A stretch of 64,000 nucleotides of DNA from an uncultured Gemmatimonadales bacterium (GCA_963730185.1 CAVSQW010000007.1:672001-736000); one strand, 5' to 3'. Counted from the first letter of the stretch, positions 20,446-30,793 are shown. Made by a program: numbers and translations. The notes: generated by a model from the letters alone, not told the origin.

Positions 20446-20847
20446 CTACCGGCAGATCGGCATCAGGAACAGGGGAAGGACGTCGAACCCAAGGCCGACG
20501 AGGAAGAACCCGGCCAGGATGAGCCCGCCGAGGGCCATGAAGCGGGCTCGGGCCGCGTGAGCTCCGGTATCCGCGACCGACCGCGCCGCCCTGAGGCTTC
20601 GGATCCCGGTCCAGAGGCCCAGGCCCGCGACGGCCAGGGCGACGGCGCTGAACGCCATCAGGGTCCACCACGCCCGGCTCTGACGAGTCACCGGCTCGGG
20701 GAGCAGCACGCAAGCTGCCGAGCTGACGGCGACCGAAACCAGGAAATGCGCACTCCAGGCGGCCGGCGCGCCGAACACGGCGAACCAGAGCGCTCGTCGA
20801 CCGACCGGCTCGGCCGGATCCCCGGCCCTCAGTCCCTCTGGGTTCAT
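20446..20847 (-). CDS. Three-TM membrane protein of the oxidase operon
   Basis: Coupled (ATGA) to subunit III; hydrophobic helices. Confidence 0.7.
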   Translation of the reverse strand: MNPEGLRAGDPAEPVGRRALWFAVFGAPAAWSAHFLVSVAVSSAACVLLPEPVTRQSRAWWTLMAFSAVALAVAGLGLWTGIRSLRAARSVADTGAHAARARFMALGGLILAGFFLVGLGFDVLPLFLMPICR

Positions 20848-21440
20848 CGGAGGCCCAGGCGCGGAGCGAGATAGAGCGACGTGAAGACGGCCAGCCACAC
20901 CAAGTCAACGAAATGCCAGTAGAGCGCGGCATTCGAGACGTAGGTGTGGCCCTTCGCGTCGAGCTCGCTGCGCCGCGCCATCATTGAGATCACGGTGAGG
21001 ATTACGAGGCCGACCAGCACGTGGGCGCCGTGCATCCCGGTGACGGTGAAGAACGCCGATCCATAGGCGTCGGTCCGGGGGGTGAAGGTCTGTCGACTGT
21101 ACTCGTATCCCTGGAGGCCCAGAAAGCTCGTTCCGAGGACCAGGGTGAATCCCAGACCGAGTCGAAGCCGACCTAGCTGCCCGGAACGGAGTCCCCGCTC
21201 GCCCCATCGAAGGGTGAGGCTGCTGGCGAGCAGGAGTACGGTATTGACCGAGGCGATCCGGAGATCGGGAGGGCCGAACGGCGGCCAGACGGGCGCCCGA
21301 GCACCGAGATAGAAGTAGGTAAACAGGAGGCAGGCAAAGAGCGCGGCCTCGGTGGCGATCAGGAGCAGCATCGCCCACTCCCCCGGGGGGTGCCGCTCGG
21401 TGGCCGGCAGGTTCGAGAGGACTCGATCGCCGGATGTCAC
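20844..21440 (-). CDS. ctaE: Cytochrome c oxidase subunit III (short form)
   Basis: IATEAALF, YGSAFFTVTGMHGAHV, LYWHFVDLVW. Confidence 0.92.
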   Translation of the reverse strand: MTSGDRVLSNLPATERHPPGEWAMLLLIATEAALFACLLFTYFYLGARAPVWPPFGPPDLRIASVNTVLLLASSLTLRWGERGLRSGQLGRLRLGLGFTLVLGTSFLGLQGYEYSRQTFTPRTDAYGSAFFTVTGMHGAHVLVGLVILTVISMMARRSELDAKGHTYVSNAALYWHFVDLVWLAVFTSLYLAPRLGLR

Positions 21441-23332
21441 GACCTCTCCTCGGCCTCGTCCCGGGGCCAGAGCCAGCCGACGATCGTGACGCCCAAGGCG
21501 ATGACTGCGCCGATCGCCACGGGCCAGAGAGCGAAAAGAAGGGCGTAGAACAGGGTCAGCACGGCCATCGAGAGATAGAGCGGCCAGAGGCTGTCGCCCG
21601 GCATGCGCAGGATGGCCCTCGGTTCGGCGTCGAGCGCGCTGGTGCTGACCGCCAGGTGACCGTCGTCGAGGGGCGGTCCCTGATCGAGCACCGTGTGGCG
21701 TCCGGGTTCGAAGCGTCCTTCCCAGAGGGGGTGGCGACTGCCCACGCGGGGAATGGCGGCGAAGTTGTAGGGCGGCGGCGGCGAGGGAATCGACCACTCC
21801 AACGTTCCTGCGTCCCACGGGTTGGGCCCCGCCGGCCGGCCGTGCCGCCGGCTCCACCAGACGTTCGCGAGGGTGAGCAGGAAACCCCCGGCGAAGAGGA
21901 ACGATCCGAGGGTGACCACCAGGTTCCAGCCGCTCCAGCCGAGCCCCGCGGGATAGGTGTAGATCCGGCGGGGCATCCCCAGCAGGCCGAGGATGTGCAT
22001 CGGAAAGAAGCCCAGATTGAAGCCAAGGAACATCAGCCAGAAGTTCCAGCGGCCGAGGCGCTCGCTCATCAAGCGGCCAGTCATCTTGGGGAACCAGTAG
22101 TAGGTTGCCGCCACCACCGGGAAGAGGTTGATGCCGATCAGCACGTAGTGAAGATGGGCGACCACGAAGTAGGTGTCGGTGAGCTGCCAATCCAGGGGGA
22201 CCGCGCCGGTCATCACGCCGCTCACCCCGCCGATCACGAAGGTGATCACGAACCCGATCACGAACAGGAACGGCGTGGTAACGGTCGGCCGCCCCTGCCA
22301 GATGGTGGCCACCCACGCGAAGACCGACACCGCGCTCGGGATGGCGATGACCAGGCTCGCCCCGCCGAAGAACGAAAGGGCGAGGGTCGAGAGCCCGGTG
22401 GCGAACATGTGGTGGGCCCAGACACCGAAACCGATGATCCCGACCGCGACCGTCGCGAGCGCCACATAAGGGTAGGCCACCAGTGGCCGTCGGCAGAAGG
22501 TGGGCAGGATATCGGATGCGATGCTCATCGCCGGGAGGACGATGATGTAGACCCACGGGTGGCCGAAGATCCAGAAGAGATGCTGCCAGAGCAGCGGCTG
22601 GCCACCGTGGGCGGCGTCGTAGAAGTGTGTCCCCGCGTGACGATCGAGGTAGAGTAGAAGACAGGCGGCGCTCAGGGCCGGGACGGCGAAGATGGCGGCG
22701 AACGAGCTGGTCAAGGTGCCCCACAAAAGGATCGGTACCCGGTCCAGGGTCATGCCCGGCGCTCGCATCTTGAAAAAGGTGACGACGAAGTTGATGGCGC
22801 CGGCCGTGGTCGAGATGCCCAGGAACATCATTCCGAGCGCGAAGAAATCGATGTTGAGACGGGGGAGATACTCGGACGACGCCAGCGGCACGTAGTTGAA
22901 CCACCCCGCGTTGGGGGCGAGACCGAGGAGGAAGCTGCTGTAAAGAAAGATCCCGGCTCCAAGGAACAGCCAAAAGCCGACGGCGTTGACCCGGGGGAGC
23001 GCCATGTCACGTGCGCCGACCATCAAGGGCCAGAGATAGTTGCTGAACCCGGACAGGACCGGGAGGGCGAACAGGAACAGCATGGTCACGCCGTGCATCG
23101 TGAATAACTGGTCGTAGAGCTCCGGCGACACGACGCGGGTGCCGGCATGGGCCAGTTGAATCCGGATGAGCAGCGCCTCGAGGCCGCCGACCACCAGAAA
23201 GACGAAGGCCGTCACCAGGTAGCGCAGGCCGATGATCTTGTGGTCCACCGTGCCGAGCGCGCCCAGCCACCCCGGGGGGGTCGTCCACCGATCTCGGAGC
23301 CGGTCGATCGCGGCCGAGTCGGGGCCCGTCAT
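21437..23332 (-). CDS. ctaD: Haem-copper oxidase subunit I, atypical family A
   Basis: DHKIIG, TMHG, HPWVY, WAHH, AHLHY, GMPRR. Confidence 0.95.
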   Translation of the reverse strand: MTGPDSAAIDRLRDRWTTPPGWLGALGTVDHKIIGLRYLVTAFVFLVVGGLEALLIRIQLAHAGTRVVSPELYDQLFTMHGVTMLFLFALPVLSGFSNYLWPLMVGARDMALPRVNAVGFWLFLGAGIFLYSSFLLGLAPNAGWFNYVPLASSEYLPRLNIDFFALGMMFLGISTTAGAINFVVTFFKMRAPGMTLDRVPILLWGTLTSSFAAIFAVPALSAACLLLYLDRHAGTHFYDAAHGGQPLLWQHLFWIFGHPWVYIIVLPAMSIASDILPTFCRRPLVAYPYVALATVAVGIIGFGVWAHHMFATGLSTLALSFFGGASLVIAIPSAVSVFAWVATIWQGRPTVTTPFLFVIGFVITFVIGGVSGVMTGAVPLDWQLTDTYFVVAHLHYVLIGINLFPVVAATYYWFPKMTGRLMSERLGRWNFWLMFLGFNLGFFPMHILGLLGMPRRIYTYPAGLGWSGWNLVVTLGSFLFAGGFLLTLANVWWSRRHGRPAGPNPWDAGTLEWSIPSPPPPYNFAAIPRVGSRHPLWEGRFEPGRHTVLDQGPPLDDGHLAVSTSALDAEPRAILRMPGDSLWPLYLSMAVLTLFYALLFALWPVAIGAVIALGVTIVGWLWPRDEAEERS

Positions 23333-24369
23333 CGGCGCTGTTCCAGGAAGGCCACCAGGGTGTCCACTTCGGACCGGGTCAATCCTGTCCGCGGCATCAG
23401 GACGCCCGGCTTGACGCTGTCCGGGCGGCGGAGCCAACGACCCAGATTGGCGGCGGTATTCGGCACTATCCCGGACGCCAAGCTGGAACGTTCCGCCAAG
23501 TGGGTGAGGTCCGGACCGGCCAGCCCGGCCGATGGGGCGCCGCCGACTCGATGACAAGCCATACACCCCCGCCGTCGCAGGAGGTCGACCACCTCAGGGT
23601 CCGGTGGCACGGCCTCGCGCTGGCGACGGGCCCAGGCTTGGTAGGCGTCCGGCGTCTGCACCACCGCGACCAGGCGCATCAAGGCATGCGCCGGCCCGCA
23701 GAACTCGGCACACTGACCGACGTAGCGGCCGACCTGATTGGCTTCGATCCACATCTCGTTCCGTTGCCCCGGGATCAGGTCCGTCTTCCCGGCCAACTCC
23801 GGCACCCAGAAGCTGTGGATCACGTCACCGGCTTCGAGCTGGAGCCGTACCCGGGTCCCGACCGGGAGGTGGAGCTCGTTTGCGGTCACGAAATCGGGCC
23901 GGCCTCCGGGATCAAGGTACTGGAGCGACCACCAGAACCGATGGCCGACCACCCGGACCGTGAGTGGGGCCCCGGCCGCTCCGCGGCCGGAGTCGATCAG
24001 GACCCGGAGGGAATAGATGAACGCGCCGAGCAGGATGAGGGTGGTGACGGCGGTGCCGCCGACGATCCAGCGGCGGCTGCGGCGCTCGGTGGCCTCGAAC
24101 CGGGCGAACCGGTCCGAAGCCGGCGGGTCCGGCGGTCGGCGGCGGAAGAGCGCGACCAGCACCAGTCCAGAGACGATCACGACCACCAGGCTGGAGACGA
24201 TCGTGAGGGTCAAGCCGAGTCGCGCGATGGCGTCGCTCGACGCGCCGTGGGAGGCAAAGATCGAGGGCGATCGAGCACAGCTCCCGACCAGGACGGGCAC
24301 GACGAGGACTCCGGCCTTGCGTCCGTCCACAGTGCGACGCACCAGGCGGGCCCACTGACCGCCGCTCAA
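23329..24369 (-). CDS. ctaC: Cytochrome c oxidase subunit II with CuA site and fused cytochrome c; start approximate
   Basis: DVIHSFWVP, CAEFCGPAHALM, CMACH. Confidence 0.92.
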   Translation of the reverse strand: MSGGQWARLVRRTVDGRKAGVLVVPVLVGSCARSPSIFASHGASSDAIARLGLTLTIVSSLVVVIVSGLVLVALFRRRPPDPPASDRFARFEATERRSRRWIVGGTAVTTLILLGAFIYSLRVLIDSGRGAAGAPLTVRVVGHRFWWSLQYLDPGGRPDFVTANELHLPVGTRVRLQLEAGDVIHSFWVPELAGKTDLIPGQRNEMWIEANQVGRYVGQCAEFCGPAHALMRLVAVVQTPDAYQAWARRQREAVPPDPEVVDLLRRRGCMACHRVGGAPSAGLAGPDLTHLAERSSLASGIVPNTAANLGRWLRRPDSVKPGVLMPRTGLTRSEVDTLVAFLEQRR

Positions 24370-25799
24370 CGGTGGGCCTCCGAGGGTCCGTCCCGGACCC
24401 GGGCGCCTCGTCGGCGGGTCGTCAGGAAGGCGACGAGCGCGTCCACCTCCGGAGCGCTCAGCAGGGCCCCGAAGGCCGGCATGTTGTAGCCACCGGTCTC
24501 CATCCACTGAGCCAGCTCCCCGGGGGGAAGTCGGTCACCGATGTCCGTCAGGTCCGGTCCACGTCGCCCCCCGTACCCTTCGACGCGGTGGCAGAACTCA
24601 CAGGCCCGATCATGGAAGAGTCGAGCCCCGTACCGCACCACGGAGTCGGCCGAGCGGACGACGGTGCTCGGCAGCTGCGGCGCCGAGAAGTCGGGGGCCC
24701 AGGGCGCCAGCCCCCCGATCCACCAGAGCGAACCGACTCCGAGGACGACCGTCGCCACGGCCGCCCAAGCCCAGGGCCGACGGGCGGGGTGACGTTCGCC
24801 CCGGGGAAAGAGGAGGGGAAGCAGGATCAGACCGAGGGCCCCCAGCAGCGGCAGGAGCCAGATTAGGAACCGTTCCGTTCCGTGCGGAAGCAGGGCCAGG
24901 AGGCCGAAGTACCAGAGCAGGTACCAATCGGGCCGCGGCTGGGCGTCGATGAGTGATGGGTTGGGAGGCTTGCCGAGCGCTTTGGGGCCGACGATCAGAG
25001 CGGCGGTGACGACCAAGGCCAGGACGGCCACGCCGAAGGCAACGTCGCGCCAGCCGGCATCCGGCCAAAAGGGGCGCCCCTCGCGTTCGAGCAAGGCCCG
25101 GTACTTGGCCCGGTAGGTCTTGGGATCGACCCCGTCGCCCCGGCGAGGTAGTTCGGAGATTCCGTGGCGGAGCACCAGATACAAATGAAGGCCGACGATC
25201 GAGGTGATCAGGATAGGCACCACGAACACGTGATAGGCGAAGAGATGGCTGAGCGTCGCGGTCCCGACGTTGGCACCGGCCAGGACGAATCGGGCCAGTG
25301 CGTGGCCGACTAGCGGAACCCGGCCCGCCTGTTCCGCGGCCACCACGGTCGACCACACGCCGTCCTGATCCCAGCGAAGGACCTGGCCGGTAAACCCCAT
25401 CGCCACGGTCAAGCCGAGGAGGAGAACTCCAGACAGCCAGTTGAGCTCGCGGGGGAACTTGTAGGCCCCGGTGAGGAAGACCCGGAGGGCATGGAGGCCC
25501 ACCAGCAGGATCATCGCGGAGGCGCCGAAGTAGTGCATCCCGCGGAGAAGCCGGCCGAAGAAGGCCTGATTGGTGATGAACTGAAGGCTCTGGTAGGCGT
25601 CACCCGAGGAGGGCACGTACATGGTGGCGAGGGCGGCGCCGGTCACGACCTGAAGCAGGAAGGCCATCAGGGTTGCGCTGCCGAACACGTATATCCATCC
25701 GGTATCCGGCGGCACCGGATGGTGGAGCAGGCGGTGGGTTGCTGCCCAGAGCCCAGTCCGATCCTCGATCCAGGTGCGGAGCCGGTTGAGGAGGCTCAC
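24366..25799 (-). CDS. Cytochrome b/b6 with subunit-IV region and fused C-terminal cytochrome c
   Basis: RGMHYFGAS, YKFPRELNW, PDWY (PEWY motif), CEFCH. Confidence 0.92.
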   Translation of the reverse strand: MSLLNRLRTWIEDRTGLWAATHRLLHHPVPPDTGWIYVFGSATLMAFLLQVVTGAALATMYVPSSGDAYQSLQFITNQAFFGRLLRGMHYFGASAMILLVGLHALRVFLTGAYKFPRELNWLSGVLLLGLTVAMGFTGQVLRWDQDGVWSTVVAAEQAGRVPLVGHALARFVLAGANVGTATLSHLFAYHVFVVPILITSIVGLHLYLVLRHGISELPRRGDGVDPKTYRAKYRALLEREGRPFWPDAGWRDVAFGVAVLALVVTAALIVGPKALGKPPNPSLIDAQPRPDWYLLWYFGLLALLPHGTERFLIWLLPLLGALGLILLPLLFPRGERHPARRPWAWAAVATVVLGVGSLWWIGGLAPWAPDFSAPQLPSTVVRSADSVVRYGARLFHDRACEFCHRVEGYGGRRGPDLTDIGDRLPPGELAQWMETGGYNMPAFGALLSAPEVDALVAFLTTRRRGARVRDGPSEAHR

Positions 25800-25821
25800 G
25801 ACGCGGCTCTCTCGGGCCGGG

Positions 25822-26325
25822 TCACGTGATCGGGATGGGACGGGTCTCGACCTCGACTCGTCCGGCGCGAACCCTGACCCGAAGCCGCTTCAACGGTTGC
25901 TCAGGTGGTCCGGCGGCGACCCGACCGTCTTGGTAGAAGACGCCGCCGTGGCAGGGACACATGAAGAGTCGGGCGTCGCCGACCCAGCGAATCGGGCAGC
26001 CGAGGTGCGTACAATGGACGGAGAGGGCACTGAACGTCCCTTCGCTGTCTCGTCGGAGCCAGGCACCGGTGCGGGCGCTCACCCCTGACCAGGGCTGGGG
26101 CGACGGATCGTCGAATGCCACCTCGACCGTTCGACCGATCACGAAACCGTCGGTTGGTCCGACATCCCGCCAGGCCCCTGGGACCCGCCGCCGAAGGGGG
26201 CCGAGGACAAAGCCGATGGCTGGAACCGCAACGAGGGCCGCGCCGATCGCGGCCAGGGCGGCCCCGAGTCGGGAGAAAAAGCGACGGCGATCGCCGGAGG
26301 GTTCGGACGCCGGGCCGATGGTCAT
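25822..26325 (-). CDS. Rieske [2Fe-2S] protein
   Basis: Tat motif DRRRFF; CTHLGC and CPCHGG. Confidence 0.93.
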   Translation of the reverse strand: MTIGPASEPSGDRRRFFSRLGAALAAIGAALVAVPAIGFVLGPLRRRVPGAWRDVGPTDGFVIGRTVEVAFDDPSPQPWSGVSARTGAWLRRDSEGTFSALSVHCTHLGCPIRWVGDARLFMCPCHGGVFYQDGRVAAGPPEQPLKRLRVRVRAGRVEVETRPIPIT

Positions 26326-26657
26326 CGGCTGGGGGGGAGGGACGGTGCAAGCAGGCAGGGAAGGCGGGCGGCCGTCCGGCGACCCGGGAGCGCTTGTCGA
26401 GATGGAATCGGCATGGGGTTCAGTCACCTCGTTTCCGGCTGCTTTTCGACCCGGAAAGGCACACAAGTACCGTGGCGGCATCCCCTTCTCGTCCGCACGC
26501 TGGAGCAACGATGACGTCAGCGTGGGGATTCGGATCGTATCTCGCTGGCCCGTCCGATGCAAGATTATGGTCGCCTCATCGTCACCCCAGAACCGGGGTG
26601 AGGCGCTATCTTCCGATCGACCGCGATCACTCCGACGACCTTCCGGAGGGCCACTGG

Positions 26658-27806
26658 ATGGGTACCGAGCTGGCAGGCCACGTCGGACGTCAGCTCGCGG
26701 CTCGCGCTTCCACAATTACCCGGCAGTGGATCGACCTCCTGGTCCGGCATCTCGGCGAAGCGCGAGCCCAAGTGCTGCCCGGCGCCACGCTGCTGAACCA
26801 CGTCCCCGCCATCATCCAGGATCTGGCCCGCTTTGTCGGAGACCCGCAGATTGCCGACCCGCTCAGGCCCGCGACCCAGGCGGACCTCGGTCGACTCGCG
26901 GATCTCAGGCGGCGACGGGGCACCACCCTGGAGGAGATCCTGAGAGAGTTCGGGATGCTGTCCGCCCTGGTGGAGGATGCCATCGCCGAGGGGATCGCCT
27001 CGTTTGAGGGGAAGGCTGGGCGGAAGGAAATCGTCCGGCTGGTCGGGCGGGCCAAGGACGCCGTCTTCGTGCTCGGCTCGGAGGCCGCGAGTCACTACCG
27101 GGCCTGGGTGGTGCGACGGCGAGCCGAGCGGTTACGGGTGCTCGAGGGCTATTCGGCCATGCTCTCGCACGAGTTGGGGAATCGGTTAGGCGCGGCGGAG
27201 ACAGCAGTCCGAGTGCTCATGGGGCAGTTGGAGGTGCCACCGGAGCGGCGCCAACGGCTTCACGATCTGATCCTCCATTCGGTTCGGAGCGGCCTCGAAA
27301 CCGTCGAGGCCGTGAGCACGCTGTTCCGAGCGCGGGACGAGGCCTCTGGGGGGGGCGCTCGGACCCTGCCCCTCGATGTCGTCCTCGGCGATGCCGTCCA
27401 TCAGCTTCGCGTTCGGGCCGGCGCCCGTCAGATCCGGCTCGAGCTGGTCGGCCCGGTGCCGTCCCAACTCGTCGATGCGGAGCGGTTTCCGCTGGTGCTC
27501 TATAACCTGGTCACGAACGCCGTCCGGCATCATGACCGCCCCGGGGGGCGGGTCAGGATCGCAGTCGAAGAGGAACCCCATGTCCTCGCCATCGTCGTCG
27601 CGGACGACGGACCGGGGATCGCCGAGGCCATGCGCGGACGGATCTTCGAGCCGCGGGCTCGGGGGGCGACCGAGGAGGAGGGAGCTGGCCTTGGGCTCGC
27701 GATCGCGAGGGAGGCGGCCGAACAGATGGGGGGGGCGATCGAGCTCGTTCCCAGCACGGGGAGAGGCTCGACCTTTCGACTGACCATCCCGTGCCGGCTG
27801 GAGTGA
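26658..27806 (+). CDS. Cytoplasmic sensor histidine kinase with helical RsbRD_N-like N-terminus
   Basis: GGAGG RBS; LSHELGNRL, NLVTNAVRH, DDGPGI, GLGLAI. Confidence 0.88.
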   Translation: MGTELAGHVGRQLAARASTITRQWIDLLVRHLGEARAQVLPGATLLNHVPAIIQDLARFVGDPQIADPLRPATQADLGRLADLRRRRGTTLEEILREFGMLSALVEDAIAEGIASFEGKAGRKEIVRLVGRAKDAVFVLGSEAASHYRAWVVRRRAERLRVLEGYSAMLSHELGNRLGAAETAVRVLMGQLEVPPERRQRLHDLILHSVRSGLETVEAVSTLFRARDEASGGGARTLPLDVVLGDAVHQLRVRAGARQIRLELVGPVPSQLVDAERFPLVLYNLVTNAVRHHDRPGGRVRIAVEEEPHVLAIVVADDGPGIAEAMRGRIFEPRARGATEEEGAGLGLAIAREAAEQMGGAIELVPSTGRGSTFRLTIPCRLE

Positions 27807-27845
27807 GTCCCGGCCGCGGAGGTGAGCTTGAGCCTCGGCCGTTGA

Positions 27846-29261
27846 TTAGATGCCGTACTTGCGCCGCCGGCGCCAGAGCGTCGAGGGCGCGACGCCCAGC
27901 ACCTCCGCGGCCTGTTCGACCGAGTCGGTCACCGCCATGACGTGGCGGAGGTAGCGTTCCTCGAGCCCGTTCAGGGTCGGCAAGGCGGCGGGGTCGCTCG
28001 CCCCGATTTGTTGCAGCAGATCTCCCGAGCCGGTCCGGGGCAGGGCGCCGACGCCGATCTCCTGGCGCCGTTCCAGGATCACGGCCCGCTCCACCGCGTT
28101 TTGCAGTTCCCGAACGTTGCCGGGCCAGCGCTGTTCGGTCAGGGCCACCCGGGCTTCGGGGGCAAAGCCGGTAATCGGCTTGCCATAGCGGCGGGCGAAG
28201 AAGTGGAGAAAGCGCTCGGCGAGCGGGACGACATCCTCAGGGCGCTCCCGCAGGGGGACCAGCTCGATCTGGATCACATTGAGCCGATAGTAGAGATCGT
28301 CGCGGAAGGCGTCTTCCCCGACGGCCCGGTGGAGGTCGCGGTTGGTTGCCGCGATGAGCCGAACATCGGCGTGGCGCGGCTCGGGATCGCCAACCCGTTC
28401 GTATTCCCGATCTTGCAGGAACCGCAGCAGGCGCGGCTGGAGATCGAGGTCGAGCTCGCCGACTTCGTCGAGCAACAGCGTGCCGCCGTCGGCATATTCG
28501 ATCTTCCCGGCCCGGGTGTCAGTCGCCCCGGTGAAGGAGCCCTTGACATGTCCGAAGAGCTCGCTTCGGAGGAGCTCGGCCGAAAGCGCCGGGCAATTGA
28601 CGGTGGCAAAGGGGTGGGCGGCTCGCGCGCTCCACCCGTGCATTGCCCGGGCGAGCACGCCCTTGCCGGTGCCGCTCTCGCCGGTGAGGAGGACGGTGGC
28701 GTCGGTCGGGGCCACGTCCGCCGCCAGCGCGATGGCTCGGGCCATCGCGGGATTCGCCGTCTCGAGGAGCGGAGTGGGATGGGAGTCCTTCGCGTCGTCT
28801 TCCATGGCGCGCATCCGGCTGGCCAGCCGCCGCCGTTCGATCGCCCGGCCGACCAACAGTTCCAGCTCGTCGGGCGCGACCGGCTTGGCGAGGTAGTCGA
28901 AGGCCCCTCGCCGCATGGCTTCGACGGCTGTGGCGATCGAGCCGTGGGCCGTGATCATGGCGACCAGCAACTCCGGGTCGGCGTCGAGCAACAGCGGCAG
29001 GAGGTCCAGCCCGGACTCGCCCCCGAGCCGGAGGTCGACCAGCGCCAAGTCAAAGCGATGTCGGGCGACGGCCACCCTTGCGTGCTCGCCCCCGGAGGTG
29101 GTGGTAATCAGATGCCCGCCGGGCTCGAGGCAGAGTCGCATGGCCTCCTGAACGGCGGGCTCGTCATCGACGATCAGGATCCGGGCGCTGCCCGGGGCGG
29201 GTCGTCCGTCCGCGGGCTCGAGTGGTTGCGCCGGTGTCGGGGATGAGTTCGGGGACGTCAT
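27846..29261 (-). CDS. Sigma54-dependent response regulator (NtrC/AlgB-like)
   Basis: REC domain, GESGTGKG, GSFTGA, WPGNVRELQN, C-terminal HTH. Confidence 0.93.
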   Translation of the reverse strand: MTSPNSSPTPAQPLEPADGRPAPGSARILIVDDEPAVQEAMRLCLEPGGHLITTTSGGEHARVAVARHRFDLALVDLRLGGESGLDLLPLLLDADPELLVAMITAHGSIATAVEAMRRGAFDYLAKPVAPDELELLVGRAIERRRLASRMRAMEDDAKDSHPTPLLETANPAMARAIALAADVAPTDATVLLTGESGTGKGVLARAMHGWSARAAHPFATVNCPALSAELLRSELFGHVKGSFTGATDTRAGKIEYADGGTLLLDEVGELDLDLQPRLLRFLQDREYERVGDPEPRHADVRLIAATNRDLHRAVGEDAFRDDLYYRLNVIQIELVPLRERPEDVVPLAERFLHFFARRYGKPITGFAPEARVALTEQRWPGNVRELQNAVERAVILERRQEIGVGALPRTGSGDLLQQIGASDPAALPTLNGLEERYLRHVMAVTDSVEQAAEVLGVAPSTLWRRRRKYGI

Positions 29262-30793
29262 GACGAGCTCCCGGGCTGGCGCTCAGATCCCTTGGCCCCG
29301 AGCGAATGGTGGAGCTTCGGGGTACGATCGGGCCGAACGGGTGTCGGAACATGGGCTGGGCGCGAATCGTGCTCAAGAGGGGCCGGGTCGCCGGCCTGGA
29401 ACGCGAGTGGGCTCTCGGGCTCGCTCCCGGCGTCGGCGGGCTCCCCGCCAGCCGACCACAAGACCAGAACGCCGCCGAGTCCCGCCGCCAGCGTGGACGC
29501 GAGAATCGCCAGCTTCGTCGCTTCGAGAGTCGGCCCCTGGAAGGCGAGCTTGGCGATGAAGAGCGCAACGGTGAAACCGATGCCGGCGAGCACCGAGACG
29601 CCGGCGACGTGCCGCCAGGTGAGCGAGGCCGGAAGGTGGACCAGATCGAGGCGCACCCCGATCCAGCAGGCAGCGAGCACCCCGATCGGCTTGCCGAGGA
29701 CGAGTCCCGCAGCCACCCCGCGGGCGGCTGGGTTCTGGATTGCCGGCCCGAGGGTCGCGGGTGAGACGACCGCGCCAGCGGTGGCCAGGGCGAAGAGGGG
29801 GAGCACCACGTAGCTCACCCAGGGACGGAGCCGGCGGCCGAGCCGCTCGGAAAGCGGCTCAGACCCGGTCACCATTGCTTCCAGGCCACCCAGAACCACT
29901 GCTCGGCGCCGAGTGTCGGCTCGGTCGAGCCCGGTCAACGCCGATCGGGCCATCGGGACGACTTCGCCCGGGTCGAAGAGCGACCGGGTCGGGATCAGCA
30001 GGCCGAGTGCGACCCCAGCGACTACGGGGTTGATTCCCGCGGCGAGCGTGGCGATCCAGAGTGCCAGCCCGAGGATCACGTAGAGGCTCAGGAGGCGAGG
30101 GCCGGTCCGAGCCAGGAGGCCGGCGGCGCCGATCAGGACGACGGCAACGCCGAGCCAGGGGAGGGATACGCGGCTGCCATAGAAGACGGCGATAAGCAGC
30201 ACCCCGCCTATGCTGTCCGCCGCCGCAAACCCGAGCAGAAGCGCCTTGAGGGCCTGCGGGACCCGGTTCCCCAGCAGCAGCAACACTGCGAGGGAGAAGG
30301 GCACGTCGGTTGCGACCGGGATCCCAAAGCCGGCTCGCAGGGGCCCATCTCCGGAGACCAGCAGGTAGAGCGCGGCAGGGATCAGCATTCCGCCGACGGC
30401 CGCGAGCAGTGGAAGCGCCGCTCGTTTGGGGCTGTCGAGATGGCCATCCTGGACTTCGTGGCGGATATCGAGGCCCAGAGTCAGGAAGAAGAGCGGTAAC
30501 GCCGCCACGTCGATCACCCGGCGGAGGGTGACGACGGCGGTCAGCGAGCCGATCCCGACCGTGAGCGACGTGTTCCAGAGCGCGGCGTAGCTGGCTGCCC
30601 AAGGAGAGTTGGCCCAGACGAGCGCGACGGTGGCGGCGCCGATGATGGGGACGCCGGCCGTCTCCGCGATCCGGATCCGCCGGGCGATCGGCACGCTGAC
30701 CGCTCGGGTGAAGATCGAGCGCTCGGCTCGGCGCGCCAGCCTGCCGCCGATCCGGCCCGGGAGATCAAGGCCCACCTCCCGCACCCGGCTCAC
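29258..30793 (-). CDS. nhaA: NhaA-family Na+/H+ antiporter (divergent)
   Basis: WANSPW, GGMLIPA, PVATD, LGKPIG, LAGIGFTVALFI. Confidence 0.85.
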   Translation of the reverse strand: MSRVREVGLDLPGRIGGRLARRAERSIFTRAVSVPIARRIRIAETAGVPIIGAATVALVWANSPWAASYAALWNTSLTVGIGSLTAVVTLRRVIDVAALPLFFLTLGLDIRHEVQDGHLDSPKRAALPLLAAVGGMLIPAALYLLVSGDGPLRAGFGIPVATDVPFSLAVLLLLGNRVPQALKALLLGFAAADSIGGVLLIAVFYGSRVSLPWLGVAVVLIGAAGLLARTGPRLLSLYVILGLALWIATLAAGINPVVAGVALGLLIPTRSLFDPGEVVPMARSALTGLDRADTRRRAVVLGGLEAMVTGSEPLSERLGRRLRPWVSYVVLPLFALATAGAVVSPATLGPAIQNPAARGVAAGLVLGKPIGVLAACWIGVRLDLVHLPASLTWRHVAGVSVLAGIGFTVALFIAKLAFQGPTLEATKLAILASTLAAGLGGVLVLWSAGGEPADAGSEPESPLAFQAGDPAPLEHDSRPAHVPTPVRPDRTPKLHHSLGAKGSERQPGSSS

